Shown: positions 43,694 to 57,711 of the stretch, piece after piece | Numbering within the stretch: position 1 is the stretch's first letter | Layout: every line of letters begins with the position of its first letter | Assembly: GCF_009914755.1 (NCBI RefSeq) | Contig: NC_060934.1 | Reading direction: 5' to 3' (one strand) | DNA: 64,000 nt | DNA from: the human T2T-CHM13v2.0 reference genome, Homo sapiens | Notes under the pieces: generated by a model | Seen by the model: the letters and a program-made list of their open reading frames with translations, nothing else | Told to the model about the DNA's origin: nothing | Database searches by the model: none | Program-made: the position numbers and the translations under genes

Positions 43694-44240
43694 TAGCTGG
43701 TTATCATTATTTGCAGTAGCTTTTTTTAAATAAGTCATTACAAATGCTGAATTAGCAATTATTGAACAATTGCTCCCAGGGGGTCCCTGCAAGCTTCTTG
43801 TAAGGATATTTTTGTCAACTGATAAATACCTAACCTTATTTCATGTGGGTTTCTGTTTGGAGATGCCTTATTTAATACGTATTTTTGATTCATTAACATT
43901 GAATTCATGCTAACTCATACCTATAACTTATGCCTGATCAAAGCTGATCTAACAGCAAAATCAGTAACAAAAAGCACAAAGGTACAAAAAACATGGCACT
44001 AAATCTACCACAGAAAGGACACTTGCTTACATTATGAAAGCTGAAACAAGAAGTTAGAGCATCACTTCGTTCAGCCTTATCCGAGAATGTGCCCAACAGG
44101 TGATTCACATGTTTTGCCACTCTACACGTGTCCTTGATTGACTGCAAAATGCAGTGCGTATTGATTTGGGGTTACAGATACATTTTAGCAAGCAGGTGAA
44201 TTTGCAAATACAGAATCTTTGAGTAATAAGGATTGACTGT
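43694..44240 (-). mobile_element. TcMar-Tigger non-autonomous element (MER82-like)
   Basis: Ends ...gaatttgcaaatacagaatc...taataaggattgactg; internal atggcactaaat...aaaggacacttg. Confidence 0.75.
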
Positions 44241-44349
44241 CTGGCACAATTTGTTTATATTATCAACATTACCCTAATTGTGGGGTAAGAACCCAAATGA
44301 AGGCACTTATAAGATATTTTTAAAAGGCATTTAAACAAGATGTGAAAAA

Positions 44350-45775
44350 GCAGAAACCTACTATGTTTCTGAAACAAGAAGACCACATAAGATGCAATGT
44401 CAATAAAAATTTCAATGGGTAATTTTTTAATAGACAAATTATTTTAAAGTTCTTATATAAAAATAGATATGCTATAATTGCTCAAGATTTTTAGAAAAGA
44501 AAAAGAATATTAAAACTTATTGTAAAAGTATTGTAAATAAAACAGTGTGGCACAGGCACAGGAATTAAAAAATAGAGAGTTTAGAAACAGATCCATGGAG
44601 ACATACTATCACAATGGCATTTCAATTCACCAGAGGATGGGGTATCTGTTTTATATATGACATTGTCCCAAACTTCACACAACATACGTGAAAGTGAATT
44701 TAAGATAAGTGGGTTAAAGTTCTTGATATTTTTAACTGTAAATATTTTAAAAGAAAATTTGAGATATATTTTGTGACCTGAGGTGGTATAAGCCTTCAGG
44801 AAACCCAGAATCCACAAAGAGTTGATTATCTAAAAGTTAAAAACCTCTGTAAGTCAAAGGATGAAATAATGGAAAATGTCAAAAGACAAGTCTGGGAAAA
44901 AATACTTTTTAACATGTGTGAAAGAACAAGTGCAATGTTATTCAGCTTCTACAAATTCATAAGAAGACAACCTGCTATGACAAAGGATGTGAATAGGAAT
45001 TCACAGAGGAGAAAATGCATATGAAATGACGAATAATTATACAAGTATGCTCAACCTAAACACAGAAATGCAAATAAAAATCACAATAAGATCACTTTAT
45101 GCACACCTGAATAGTAAAACAACAACAAAAAAAGAAAGAAGGAAAGGAAAGAAGCAGCAGCAACCAGTGCTTTTAGAAGCGTGGGAGGCCTGTAATCCCA
45201 GCACTTTGGGAGGCTGAGGCAGGTGACTCACGAGGTCAGGAGTTCAAGACCAGCCTGGCCAAAATGGTGAAACTCCGCCTCTACTAAAGATACAAAAATT
45301 AACCTGGCCTGGTGGCATGCACCTGTAATCCCAGCTACTCCAGAGGCTGAGGCAGAGAATTGCTGGAACCCAGCAGTTGGAGGTTGCAGTGAGCCAAGAT
45401 TGCACCACTGCACTCCAGCCTGGAAGACAGAGTGAGACTCTGCCTCAAAAAAAAAAAAAAAAGAAACAAGCATAGGAAAACAGGCACTTGCATCTGCTGC
45501 TGGTGGAAATAAGCTTTATGAATACATTTTTAAAATAATATGACAATATTTATTAAAATTAAAAATATACATATTCGTACTCTTAACCTATCAACAATAA
45601 TTGTAGGAATCTATCCTCCAGATATACATGTATACATATATACATATGTGTTTAAATTTATTTATGTTACTGCACTGTTTGTAATAGGAAAAAATGGAAA
45701 CAACCCGAATGTCCGCCAATATGTAGTACAGCCACACCACGGAATAGTCCGCATCTATGAAAAAGAATGTCTGTA
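44350..45775 (+). mobile_element. Ancient LINE-1 ORF2 3' half (L1MC/ME-like), split by an Alu
   Basis: aaaacagtgtgg...gaaatgcaaataaaaatcacaataagatcact...ggaaacaacccgaatgtcc. Confidence 0.7.
45188..45466 (+). mobile_element. AluS, slightly 5'-truncated
   Basis: Starts at gcctgtaatcccagc; A-tail; TSD-like aagcgtggga / aagcatagga. Confidence 0.92.
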
Positions 45776-46117
45776 GACTTTATCTTTTAGTGCAGTGGCT
45801 TTTTTCCAAGATTATGCCCTTAAGACCTTGTGAGAGCTTGCTCTGAATTTCTGCTGGCTGAGCTTCAGATAGGATAGTTATAATGGAAAAAACTGTGTTT
45901 GTGATCTTGCATTTAGTAGCAAAACAGGTGTCCCTCTCTGGGGCCACCCACACGATCCTGCTTATGTACTTAACGGATTCACAGCTTTTTCTCCTCTTCC
46001 CCTGAGAGGCAGAGGAAATAGCATCATCCTTCCCCAAACCGTTTTGGGTTTCACCAGCCCCTGTGTGCATCGCTCCTGACCCTTAGAAATATGACCACTT
46101 GGGTGGAGCCACGTTAA

Positions 46118-46121
<4 letters not shown>

Positions 46122-46152
<31 letters not shown>
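46122..46152. repeat. Poly-T tract (~31 nt) with no adjacent SINE/LINE body
   Basis: Seen directly. Confidence 0.95.
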
Positions 46153-46155
<3 letters not shown>

Positions 46156-46858
46156 GATTTAAGAAAACACTTGGACTGGGGTAGGTAGAGATAAAAACAA
46201 ACACAGTATGGGTTTTTCAATAACATCTTGAAATTATAACTCAGTGAAATATTGTCTTTGAGCCAGTAATGAAACCCACATTGCACCAGTGGCCTTGATG
46301 TTGAGTGTGCAGGGCAGGGAAGGGGAGGTGTAGGGGCGGGGGCAGCTGTATTTACTGTCCCTTGCCTCTGTGCTACTCATTAAGTGCTTGTTCATTTTTG
46401 AATTTGAAGATACCTTCTGAAGCCCTCATTGCTTATGTGACATTTATCTTGGGAAGAACTGGATGAGAAATTCAAAGAATGTTTGACTGTATGTCCCATG
46501 CCTGCCACTGCCACCTGGGTAGCCCGAATAACTTCGGGTGACCCTGGCTCTGGCTTCGCTCTCCCTGGTTTGGGTTGGTGAGAATTCCCCGCTGAGCCTG
46601 AACTGTTAAAACCAGCCCAATGGAACAGCAGTCCTATAAATGGGTGGAGGTGCACAGAGCCCAAAGGAAATCAGAAATCTTAGAAATAGCAGATTTCTAG
46701 GCTGGTTAAGACTTTAGAGGAGATTTTTTTTTTCATTTTGTTTTTTTCTTTTTAAAAAAGTTCCACCCCCCCAACCCATAGACTGAAAGGAAATATGAAT
46801 TCAAGAAAGACTTACTTTAAGCTCCTGACAGTTGCTATAGGACTGGCTGCCCATCAGC

Positions 46859-47033
46859 CAGTGCTTCTCAGAGTGTGGTCTGTGGACGAGTTGCACCACG
46901 TTGCAATCAGAAGATGTTAAAAATGCAGACTTTGCAAAGGCTCCAATTCAGTAGGTCTGGAATGGGATCCAGAAATCTGGGTTTTAAAGGCTTCCAGGTG
47001 ATGTGTACATTCTCTTAAACGTAGGAACCACTA
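46859..47033. mobile_element. MER5A hAT-Charlie MITE
   Basis: cagtgcttctcagagtgtggtc...ttaaaaatgcaga...ttcagtaggtctgg...ccaggtgat...gaaccacta. Confidence 0.82.
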
Positions 47034-47987
47034 GACTCAATCTACCCCAGATACGTCTTCTCAGTGCCAATGAGACAGGCAGGCAGGCAGGCACATCCAA
47101 AATTGTTAGACAGCTGAGATTTGGACCTTGAGCTTCTAAGCCATCCAAGACATTTTCACTGAAAGGCAAAGCCGTTCTTCCTGATTGTTTGAAGGACTGC
47201 GACTTCCCATATGGCTAAAATTAAAGTCGACACTTTGTCTTATTTCAGTGTCTACATAAGCAAATTGGTGATTCTGGTCGTCCGGAGTCGTGGGTTCTCG
47301 TTTGACTGAGGAGGGTTGGTTCTTTGTACTCATGGGCTTTCTTCCACCTGCAGAAGGTGCAAGATGCTGGCATCTGGCAAGGCTGGGCGAGAACAGGCAA
47401 GAATGGCTGATGTTTGTGCAGAGAGGAGGATTTTATCTTCTGAATCTGATGGAAACTGTGGACCTCTTCCACAGACACATTTCCATACACTAACTTTTGC
47501 ATAAATTTCTGAAGATTCGTAGACCTTCCTGAACTCAAGTTTAAGGTCCCTTGCTAGAGAAATAACCTTTTTTTTTTTTTAACTTCGGTGCCAGGCATTC
47601 ATGGAAGGTATATTCTAATGGAGCTGGAATTAAAATTACCTAGTTTTTGAAAAAACAGTGGGTGGGGTAGACAGCAACAAACGTAAAATATTGATAAATG
47701 TTGAAGCTGGGTGATGTTTGTATGAGGGATCATTAATCCACTTTCTTTGGGGTATGGAAGTAGAACAATAATAAATATTTTTAAAAAAATCTTCTTCTAC
47801 CCAATTTACATTTTGTGTCTTAGTTATTGAGGGAATCTGGGATGCCAATTGAATGTCAAAGAAGACTGATCAAGTCACGTGGATAAGATGCAATTTCTGA
47901 ATTTTGCAGCTGTAAAAAAATCCTGTATTGCACACCAAACGTCAGATTCCACTTGTAATTTACAACCTGTTCTATTTTCCAGGGATT

Positions 47988-48400
47988 TATATCAGTCAAC
48001 TGTTGCCACAAAATTCTGCTTACTATGCCATCCCCAAACTCAGTGGCATACAAAAATAAACTTGTATTTAGGATCATATATCTGCTGGTCAGCTGGGATA
48101 GGTTAGCTTCAAACTTCAGGCAAATTGGGACAGCTGTGATGATTTCAGCAGGTCAAGTGTGTTCCAGACATTTCTCATTTTCTTGGAATTGTTGAGCTAC
48201 CCACGGCAGGTCTTCTCATGACAGACGCTCCAGAGAGCAAGCCTCTGCTTGCATTATGTTGCCAACATGCTGTCGAACAAAGCAAGTCACACGACAAAGC
48301 CCAAAGTCAAGGGGAGGAGAAGAACATTCGACCTCTAGAAGGAAGAACTATAAAGTCACGTGGCAAAGAGACTGGATACAAAATAACCAATAATCTATTA
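47988..48400 (-). mobile_element. Old MaLR LTR (MLT1I/J-like)
   Basis: tatcagtcaactgttgccaca...ccccaaactcagtggcata...aaagcaagtcacacgacaaagcccaaagtcaag. Confidence 0.75.
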
Positions 48401-48962
48401 ACTATAGGGCTAGTGCATTGGTTTTTCATTTCCAATAAAACATAGTGACCTCCCATGGGTATTGGAAGCTATCCAGGCCTCAGTTTCAGGTAGAGGAACC
48501 CATGATGGACCTCTTTCCCCAATCTAGATTTCCCCTCCCTTTGGTTCCTTTGGGGTTTGGCAGGATCGTTTCCAATCCTGGTTCTCAAATCTCCTAAAAT
48601 TATTATGTCAGTGATTAGGTGGTTATAACATATAAAATCCAAAAGGCTGTCAAATTGGATGCAGACATGTAAGAGATAAATAGGCACACAAATAGGATGA
48701 GTGTATAATAGATATTAAAACCCACCAGGTCTGTGATTTCAGGAAGCTGTAAGAAGTCTGAATGTACCAGCTTACACCACTGAAAGTTGGCAAGCTTACT
48801 TCCTGTTGTAAATGCTGATTGTAGCAGGTCCATTCTTTCCTCTGATAAAGCTGCTTTTCTTTAAGGCCAGATAGGAAAACGCCCAACTCTTTAAACCTGA
48901 AATTCAGGTGAAAGGTTAATATCTTTTCTTTTTCTTCTACAACCTGCCCTGGTTAATGAGAA

Positions 48963-48965
<3 letters not shown>

Positions 48966-49046
<81 letters not shown>

Positions 49047-49054
49047 GGGGGGGG
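48966..49054. repeat. (TA)n-(T)n-(G)n compound tract
   Basis: Seen directly. Confidence 0.95.
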
Positions 49055-49262
49055 CGGTCATTAGGAGGCATATGCCAAATCCCCTTTAGAAAAATACATA
49101 TAACAATTTTCCTTTTGGGACTTGCTGTTACAGGCTTCCATTGCTGAAAATGTATTACCTTTGAGTATATAAAGGACAAATATTTAGGGTAAAGTATAGA
49201 AATAGTTTTCTTCTAATGAGGAAACACAAGGCTTATTTGTGCCATCCATTTTGGGAAAAGGT

Positions 49263-49722
49263 TTGGTGGCTGGATTATAAAAATGGCCCCACTTCTCTAC
49301 CTCTTCCAGGATCCTCACCCTTTGTAGTGTGACTCGGAGGCAACTTCCTCCCACCAAGAGATAGAGTCTGTTTCCCCATTTCTTGAATCTGGGCCAACTT
49401 TGTGACTTGTTTGGTCCAACAGAATGAATGCTCTAAAAGAATGTTCTGAGTCTAAATTTGAATAGGCTTTGCGCACTTCTACTCTTGTTTAGAACCCTGC
49501 CCCGCAGCCATGCAATCAAGCCCAGGTCAGTCTGCTGGAGGATGAGGGACCACGTGGAGCAGAGACAGTTTGTCCCAGCCAGGCCCCAGCTGACCACGTG
49601 AGCCTAGCTGAAATAAGCCAGGCCTGCCCAGATCAGCACAACTGTCCAGTTGACCTATAGAACTTGTGAGTGAGCAAAAATAAAGATTTATTGTTCTATG
49701 CTACTGAAATTTTGTGGTAATA
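49263..49722 (+). mobile_element. MaLR LTR (MLT1G/H-like)
   Basis: aaaatggcccc...ccaccaagagatagagtctgtttcccc...tgtgacttgtttgg...aataaa...gaaattttgtgg. Confidence 0.78.
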
Positions 49723-50116
49723 AACAAGGAACGTGAGAGGAGTAAGGGAACTCAATTTAACAAAATGAACCTGCTGAACAGACAGAATGATCTCATCTTC
49801 CTGGTGGGATTAAATGACAGTGGGGACCAGCTTAAGGGGGAGGACATCAATACAAAGAAAAGAATTAGCTAATTTTAAGGTGCCCCTGGATGGTTAATAA
49901 TGATATGTTGTTGTAACAGCAGATCATTTGTTCCACAGTATTTTACAAATATTATAATGTATCTGGATTTTTAGATGAAATTAAACTCTTAAACTGATGG
50001 GTTTAAGAGTTTTTTCTTCTCCTTCCTCTGGGTGCTAAAGTGCTGAATGGAGGGGCAGACTGAATGTGGAGATGTGGTGGAACCACAGGGCGGATTGGCT
50101 AAAACCTACTGAACCT

Positions 50117-50380
50117 ATGCCAAATCTTTGAATATCAAAGAGGGCCAATCAAGTCACATGGAAAAGACGTAATTTCCAAATTTTGAGGCTGTAAAAAAAA
50201 TCCTGTGTGACACACCAAACATCAGGTTCCACTTGTAATTTACAACCTGTTCTATTTTCCAGAGATTTGTATCAGTCAACTATTGCCACAGAATGCTGCA
50301 AAACATGCCACTCCAAAACTCAGTGACATAAAAAAATAAACCTTTATTCTGGATCATGTATCTGCTGGTCTGCTGGGGCA
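50117..50380 (+). repeat. Second copy of 47842-48100 (unique flank plus MLT1 terminus)
   Basis: Collinear similarity over ~260 bp with a 36-nt identical core. Confidence 0.9.
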
Positions 50381-51039
50381 GATAGTTGTTGCATGTATTA
50401 TAGATGCCCTGTTCCACCTCGCAGAGATGTGTTCACAGAGTTCAAAAGAGTTCTTTCAACTGACTCTTGGTTCTTGGGAGACTCTTTCATGGAGGCCACA
50501 ACTCAGCATGGTCAGGGCGTGTGATGAGTGCCTGATTCTTTAAAGGCGCTGGCATTCTAGGTAGGCCTTGGATAAGTTGAGGAATTTGTCTTCTGAAATG
50601 AGGGAAAGTCTACTAAATGGTTCATCTAGTTTCCTCCATGAAGAATAATTCCAAAAGCCAGTCAACTTCTCTAGCTCTTCTCAACAGTGGAAGACAGATA
50701 GGTCTGAAACGGTTGCAATTCTCACAAGTCAGCCTTCCTCTGAATTTCCCACATGGAAAACTACATGGCAGGGAACTATCAGGCAAGGCTGCAGATGCCT
50801 CTAAGCTCCAGTCCTTCCAGTTCAGCTGGCTGCATGCAAATCTAGAACACAGTCCCCTATTCCTTTCTCCACATACCACCTTCCATCCCATACTGGCCTT
50901 CAAGAGACACTAGAAAAGCTGCTGTATCTTACTTCAGGTTAATTACTGCTCTGTGTCCTCTACTCTCTGCATGGGTTGCCTAGAGTAATTTGGCAATACA
51001 TTCCTTATAATTTAAGGCACTTCATGCTTTAAAGGTGCT

Positions 51040-51177
51040 TTCTGTTCTTTTCTTATTTTATCTTTTCTTTTCTTTTTTTTCCTCCTCCTCCTCCTTCTTC
51101 CTCTTCCTCCTCCTTCTTTCTTCTCCTTCTTCCCCTTCTCCTCCTCCTCCTTCCTCCTCCTCCTCTTCTTCTCCTTC

Positions 51178-51180
<3 letters not shown>
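51040..51180. repeat. Polypyrimidine (CCT/CTT)n low-complexity tract, the expanded tail of the adjacent AluJ
   Basis: Seen directly. Confidence 0.9.
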
Positions 51181-51703
<523 letters not shown>

Positions 51704-53349
51704 TAAAAGTGCTTTCAATATCTTATCTTAAATATAAAAATGATTTGAAAGGTTATTTTATCAACAATAGCAATGGACACACAAAAACTCAAAGGTGACT
51801 GCAAGAGCCTGGTGACTAGCCTGTAGCCTGATGCTTGTGTGACCCAAAGACCAACATTGCATGTGCAATGTTGACTCAGCTCATAAACGTCATAACATTG
51901 CTCTAATGTTGAAAGATTGCTGCAGAACACATTTTCTCAGAGCACCGGAATTTTCCTAGAGCGGCTGTTTTACTTTGCTAATTTGAGGATTTTTGTTTGG
52001 ATGCCTTAGAGTAAGTGACAAGAGAAGAGAGGGGAAAAGTTTATTTTAATGCTGCTGAATTTAATGACAAGTAATTGGTTCCACAGGTACTGTATTCATT
52101 GACCTTTTTCCATATGGAGCTCTCAGAAAATTCCATTGCTATTGATCCCCTCCGATTTTAATGCTATAATGATGTTGTTCCCACACACAAGGGAAATGAT
52201 TATGTGCTGTGACTGCTATACTTTGAATTGTGTGAATAATTGTGTACATATTTATATACATATCTTTGTTGTCCTAGTGGAGTTCTCAATGCACTTGAAA
52301 TGGTTTGTGAACGTCTTTTCTAAATCCCCTCCAGATGTGTCAAATAGCATACTGTAAATCAGACTTTTCTTTCCATTTTTTTCTTTTTCCTTTGGTCTGC
52401 TGGTATTTGGTTTTAACGTGTCAAGCATTTTGGATTATACAAAGGAGATTACTATAGAAGGGGTTTGTTCTCTCTGCTGTTTCTCCTTCTCTTCCAAATA
52501 ACTCTTTTCAATGTAAGAAGTCAACAAGCTTCCTGTGTTATTCTTTGGATTTCTCCCTACAACATTAAAACCTTTGTCTAGGCCAGAAGAAGAGTTGAGG
52601 AGGCTCCCTCCAGCCTGGCAGCCAGCTTTCAGTCTCCCCTTTCCAAGTGAAGAAATAAATTAAAGCTGACACTTGGAGTGTGTGTATGCCTGCTGCCTTT
52701 ATGTTTGTACTCGAATGAGCTTATTTATTTTTTGTCCATTGCAAAAAGATTTATGACCCTTAATTATGAATTCTGACACTCTTGTGCTACATGGATGCGC
52801 TTAGATTGGTTTTTCACTTTCTGATGGCTTTGAAAAGCTTTCCTTTTCAACTTGAAACCCTCAAGGGCAACAAGGGTCCCTTTTTACAGAGGGTCTGTCC
52901 AGAGCCACTGCCTACAAAGGCTGTGTTTGCAAGGCTCAGGCTTCATCAGGGCCTGGGGATTGATGGATGGATGGTAACCTTGGCCACGGCTTTATTTACT
53001 CTTTCTTGATCCCATCCAGAGAATTCAAGTGAATATATAAAAATGTGTTTCTAAATAAAAGCTGGCAAGCAGAGTGTCAGCCTGGAAATAACCTTTTCAA
53101 GACATTTCAGGAAAACAAGAGCACTTCATTATTTGGAGTTTAAAAAGATAACAGTTGATGGCTGATCTGGCTGGGATCATGGTATTGGCTCAGCAAGTGT
53201 GAAATTGCATTGATTTTGCAAGACAGAAAAACTGACGTGACTTTCACGAACAACTCATCCAAACAGACATGGGAACATATGAGACCCTTGTGTATTCTTC
53301 CACTAACACACTGCTGCTGCTTCTTGGCCACTCCTCTTCATTACCCGTC

Positions 53350-53704
53350 TGATTTGGTTTGGCTGTGTCCCCACCCAAATCTCATCTTGAATTCCCACGT
53401 GTTATGGGAGGGACCCAGTAGGAGGTAATCGAATCACGGTGGCAGGTCTTTCCTGTGCTGTTGTCATGATAGTGAATAAGTCTCACAGGATCTGATGGTT
53501 TTACAAGCGGGAGTTGCTCTGCATAAGCTCTCTCTTTGCCTGCCACCAACCATGTAAGATGTGACTTGCTCCTCCTTGCCTTCCACCGTGATTGTAAGGC
53601 CTCCCCAGCCATGTGGAACTGTGAGTCCAATAAATCTCTTTTTCTGTATAAATTACCCAGTCTTGGGTATGTCTTTATTAGCAGCATGAGAACAGACTAA
53701 CGTA
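53350..53704 (+). mobile_element. THE1 (B/C-like) solo LTR
   Basis: tgatttggtttggctgtgtccccacccaaatctc...gagaacagactaa; TSD ccgtc / ctgtc. Confidence 0.93.
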
Positions 53705-54288
53705 CTGTCCCTAAGTCCTATTTTCCCACATGTGGTTACAATGAGATAGGCCCCTCACTTGATAGTGTCTTCATAATTAAGCAAGAAGAGAAGTCAGTCT
53801 GATGGGAACAGTAGTGGTAGAACTTGGCATTGGCCTAGGCCCTGAGTGTCCTGCAGGTAGCATAGGAGTTCACCCTGCAGAGAGTGGTGACATGAGGAAC
53901 TTGAGCATCATCTAGAAATCCAGGCATATACTGGAACATGGGCAGGATTCTTGACTCCTCCATTTCTGCCTCCCTTTCTCAGGCCAGGCTCCATTTACTG
54001 TGTTTTTGGTGTGTGGACAAGATTCTTGGGGCTCAGGATGGTGGTGGTAGTGATGGACCTAGAACCTGGCCTTTTTCGCTGGAGAGCAGGTGGAATATTT
54101 TTAATATTCTTTTTGCCAGAAAAATTGTAAGAGAAAATAAATAATTTAAATGTAAATTTAATTATAAAATTTAGAATTAAACATAATTATAAATTTAATT
54201 ATAAAATTAAGAATTAAACATAATTCTAAATTTTAAACCAAACCTATGTATATTACGGAATAGGAGGTTAAATAGACATAACATTTAA

Positions 54289-54596
54289 GGTCAAGGTGTG
54301 GTGGCTCATGCCTGTAATTCCAGCACTTTGGGAGGCCAAGACAGGAGAATTACTTGGATCAGGAGTTCAAGACCAGCCTGTGCAACATAGCAAGACCCCA
54401 TCTCTACAAAAAATGAAAAAGTTAGCTGGTCATAGTGATGTGTGCCTGTAGTTCCAGCTACTCAGGAGGCTGAGGTGGGAGAATCCCTTGACCCCAGAAG
54501 TTCGAGGCTGCAGTGAGCTATGATTGTGTCACACACTCTAGCTTAGGCACCAGAGCAAGACCCTGTCTCTAAAAAAACAAAACAAAACAACAAAAA
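54289..54596 (+). mobile_element. AluJ
   Basis: 14-bp TSD agacataacattta at 54274-54287 and 54597-54610. Confidence 0.93.
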
Positions 54597-55169
54597 AGAC
54601 ATAACATTTATCCTAGAGTCTAAGCCTGCAGTGAACAGGCTACCTTCCCAGAGGTCACTGTCACTCACCTCCAGGTGTTAGAATACTTTGGTGGATAACT
54701 TTGAGAAGCAATGGTCTATAGCACTTTCTGTGGCTCTTCCCCCAACCCCCACCTGCTAGCTGAACAGGGTTAAAATAAATTTCCTTGCTGGAGAAAATGA
54801 CACAATTTCTTTGGTAAATTCAACCTTGTGAGAGGACAGCAAGTCAAACAACCCCAACTAAAGAAGTCACCTTCCTCCTCCTTCACCCCCGACATTTGCT
54901 GTCCTAAGTGATGCTCAAGTTGCAGTGGGGACACCCTCAAATGCCTGGGCCAGGGCCCCTAAGCCTGGTCTCCAGGTTCCTGAAGGATTTCTCTAATCAA
55001 GAATTTTGCATAACTTGTTCCAAAAATCCCACAAATGAAATAGTTGCTATGAAGAGCCCTTTTGAAGACCCCCACTAACTATACCAGAAAGCTTGCTGCT
55101 GTGACTTTTCAAACCATGAACTAGAATGTCCCTAGTTTTCATTACATGGTCCCATAAGTCCCTGTCCCC

Positions 55170-55806
55170 ATAAGTCTTTCAAATGCCAATTAAATCACGC
55201 CACTGTCCTGCTCTGATGATGTCTCATGAGCTGGAAACAAAACCCAGATTCCTTGCCATGGCCTGCATAACCGACATGACCTGCTCCACTCTTCCTTCCA
55301 ATCCCACCTCCTGTCTCTCTCCCATATCCTACTAAATGACAGCCACAGTTGTTCTTTCTCTCACCTAAATGTGCTCACTTTTAGCTTAAGGAATGTGCAC
55401 CGTGTGGAATGTTCTGTGGCCTCCATCTCTGCATAGCTGGCCACTTCCTGTCACCTCTGTCTCTATGCGAATGCCTCCTCTCAATTATGCTTCTCCGACA
55501 ACTCCATGGGGTGAGGGGCTCCCACGTATCCCCACCCCATCCCCCAGGGCTGCATTCAGAAACAGATCACTCTCTTTTACTTTCTTCATGAAACTTAACA
55601 GTATCTGAAGTTTTGTTCATTTAGTATGTACTTATATATATTGCCCCTCCTGTTCTCCTTTTCTAACTCCAGAATTTAAACGCCATGAGAGCAAAGAAAG
55701 CCATTTCTGCCTCACCCTGTACAATCTCTGTAATGCCTGGGAGAACTCCTGTTACACAGGAGCATGGTGAACACTTGCTGAATGAACAAATGAACGAATG
55801 AATGCA
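55170..55806 (+). mobile_element. L2 3' region
   Basis: aaacccagattccttgccatggcct...tggaatgttct...gaatgaacaaatgaacgaatgaatg tail. Confidence 0.75.
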
Positions 55807-56232
55807 TGAGCCAGACACTGAGCTGGTGACTGAGAAGCAGCAGTGAGCAGAAACTGTCATACATCCACCTTGCTGTGACTTGCAAGCCAGTGGAGGAAGC
55901 AGAAGGTCTAATGTTCACGCTCCACAGTGACTGCTGCGAAGGAAAACCTCAGGGCGAGCAAGAGAGCTTTTAACAGGAGACTCTGGTCTAGTTGGAAGTA
56001 TCCAGGCTGCTCCCTGGGGAAGTGAAGTTTGCAGATATCTGAGGCATATGAGAAATAATTTTTCCAAATGGTAATTTGGTATTAACTTGGTTATTAGCTC
56101 AGCTTGAAGAAGATAACATACTGAGAGAAGGAAATCAAACGGGAGTTAGTAACACCTTAGAAAACCTGCTGAGTCTCTACCAGCGCAGTAGACTTCAGTT
56201 TCATGTCTTTTTACACTTAAATTCACTGACTT

Positions 56233-56541
56233 GCCGGGCGCAGTGGCTCACGCCTGTAATCCCAGCACTTTGGGAGGCTAAGGCGGGCAGATCACCTGAG
56301 GTCGGGAGTTCGAGACCAGCCTGGCCAACATGGTAAAACTCCATTTGTACTAAATACACAAAAATTAGCCAGGTGTGGCGGCACGCGCCCATAACCCCAG
56401 CTGCTCAGGAGGCTGAGGCATGAGAATCGCTTGAACCCATGAGTTGGAGGCTGCAGTGGGTCAAGATTGCACCACTGTACTCCAGCCTGGGAGACAGAGT
56501 TAGATTCTGTCTCAAAAAAAAAAAAAAAAAAAAAGAAAAAA
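56233..56541 (+). mobile_element. AluSx/Sq-like
   Basis: TSD aaattcactgactt / aaattcacggactt. Confidence 0.94.
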
Positions 56542-57385
56542 AAATTCACGGACTTTCCACTTTCCCCCTTTTATTTCTTTGTTTCTCTCCTTTTTGTTTT
56601 TCTGCAAAGCCTTAAGGAATTCTCCTCACCAAACAGTTTTTTTTAACCGACATTTGCTTTTTTCCCCTCCTGAATTGGTTTGTTTCCAACACTGATACTT
56701 TAAACATTATCTTTTCCTACATGTATTAATCTTTTCTATTTGTCAAACGGCGATAATCAGAGCCCAGCCAGGCTCTGCCAGGTACATTTTTGTTTTTCCT
56801 TAAATTCTGGGTGCACTACCAAGGAAATCTCTTAATTTAAATCAGCCCCTGAGAAAGGTGGCTGCAAGAGCCATTTGAAGCTTCGCAAGTTCCTAGGTAC
56901 CTTTTTACCTTTCTCAAAGTGGAGCTGGTGGAAAGCAGTAACATTAAGTGAAGCCTGGAGATTGAAGAGCTGCTTCAGGTTTCCCATGCTCCCACCTGGG
57001 AAAATCCATTGTTACCTCCCTCGTAGGTCTCGGTGATTGCAGGGGAAGAGGTTCTTTTCAGCTGTCTTTACATCAAAGTGAATGAAGCACCCAGGTGACT
57101 ATTCCTTCTCTCCATGCCTGGATTACCTGTACATTTCAAGGAAAGGATTTCTTGTCCGGAATCACAGACAGACTTCCATATGGCCAGTTAGAAGATGCCA
57201 GTTCTCTGGACCAAAATAGCTCAAGGTCCAGCTGCCACACTGGATGCATAAGTTGTTCATTTGTTTCTCACAGCTCTGATTTACCAATTGCCACCCTACA
57301 GCTGGGCAGAGGTGTGAGCACTGGAGCGCTGCATATGAGGCAACCTCTGTGTGCCATAGGCCAGGCGTCCCAAGCTCTCAGGTAA

Positions 57386-57711
<326 letters not shown>

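Noticed and set aside
46122-46152. Poly-T as a tail-only retroinsertion
   Set aside because: No convincing TSD; slippage expansion is sufficient
46633-46643. CArG (SRF) box
   Set aside because: CC-TATAAAT-GG has 7 A/T bases, not the required 6
54150-54235. AT-rich ~36-bp tandem duplication, and CRISPR-like arrays in general
   Set aside because: Simple two-copy duplication with no spacers; the window is primate DNA with no prokaryotic system
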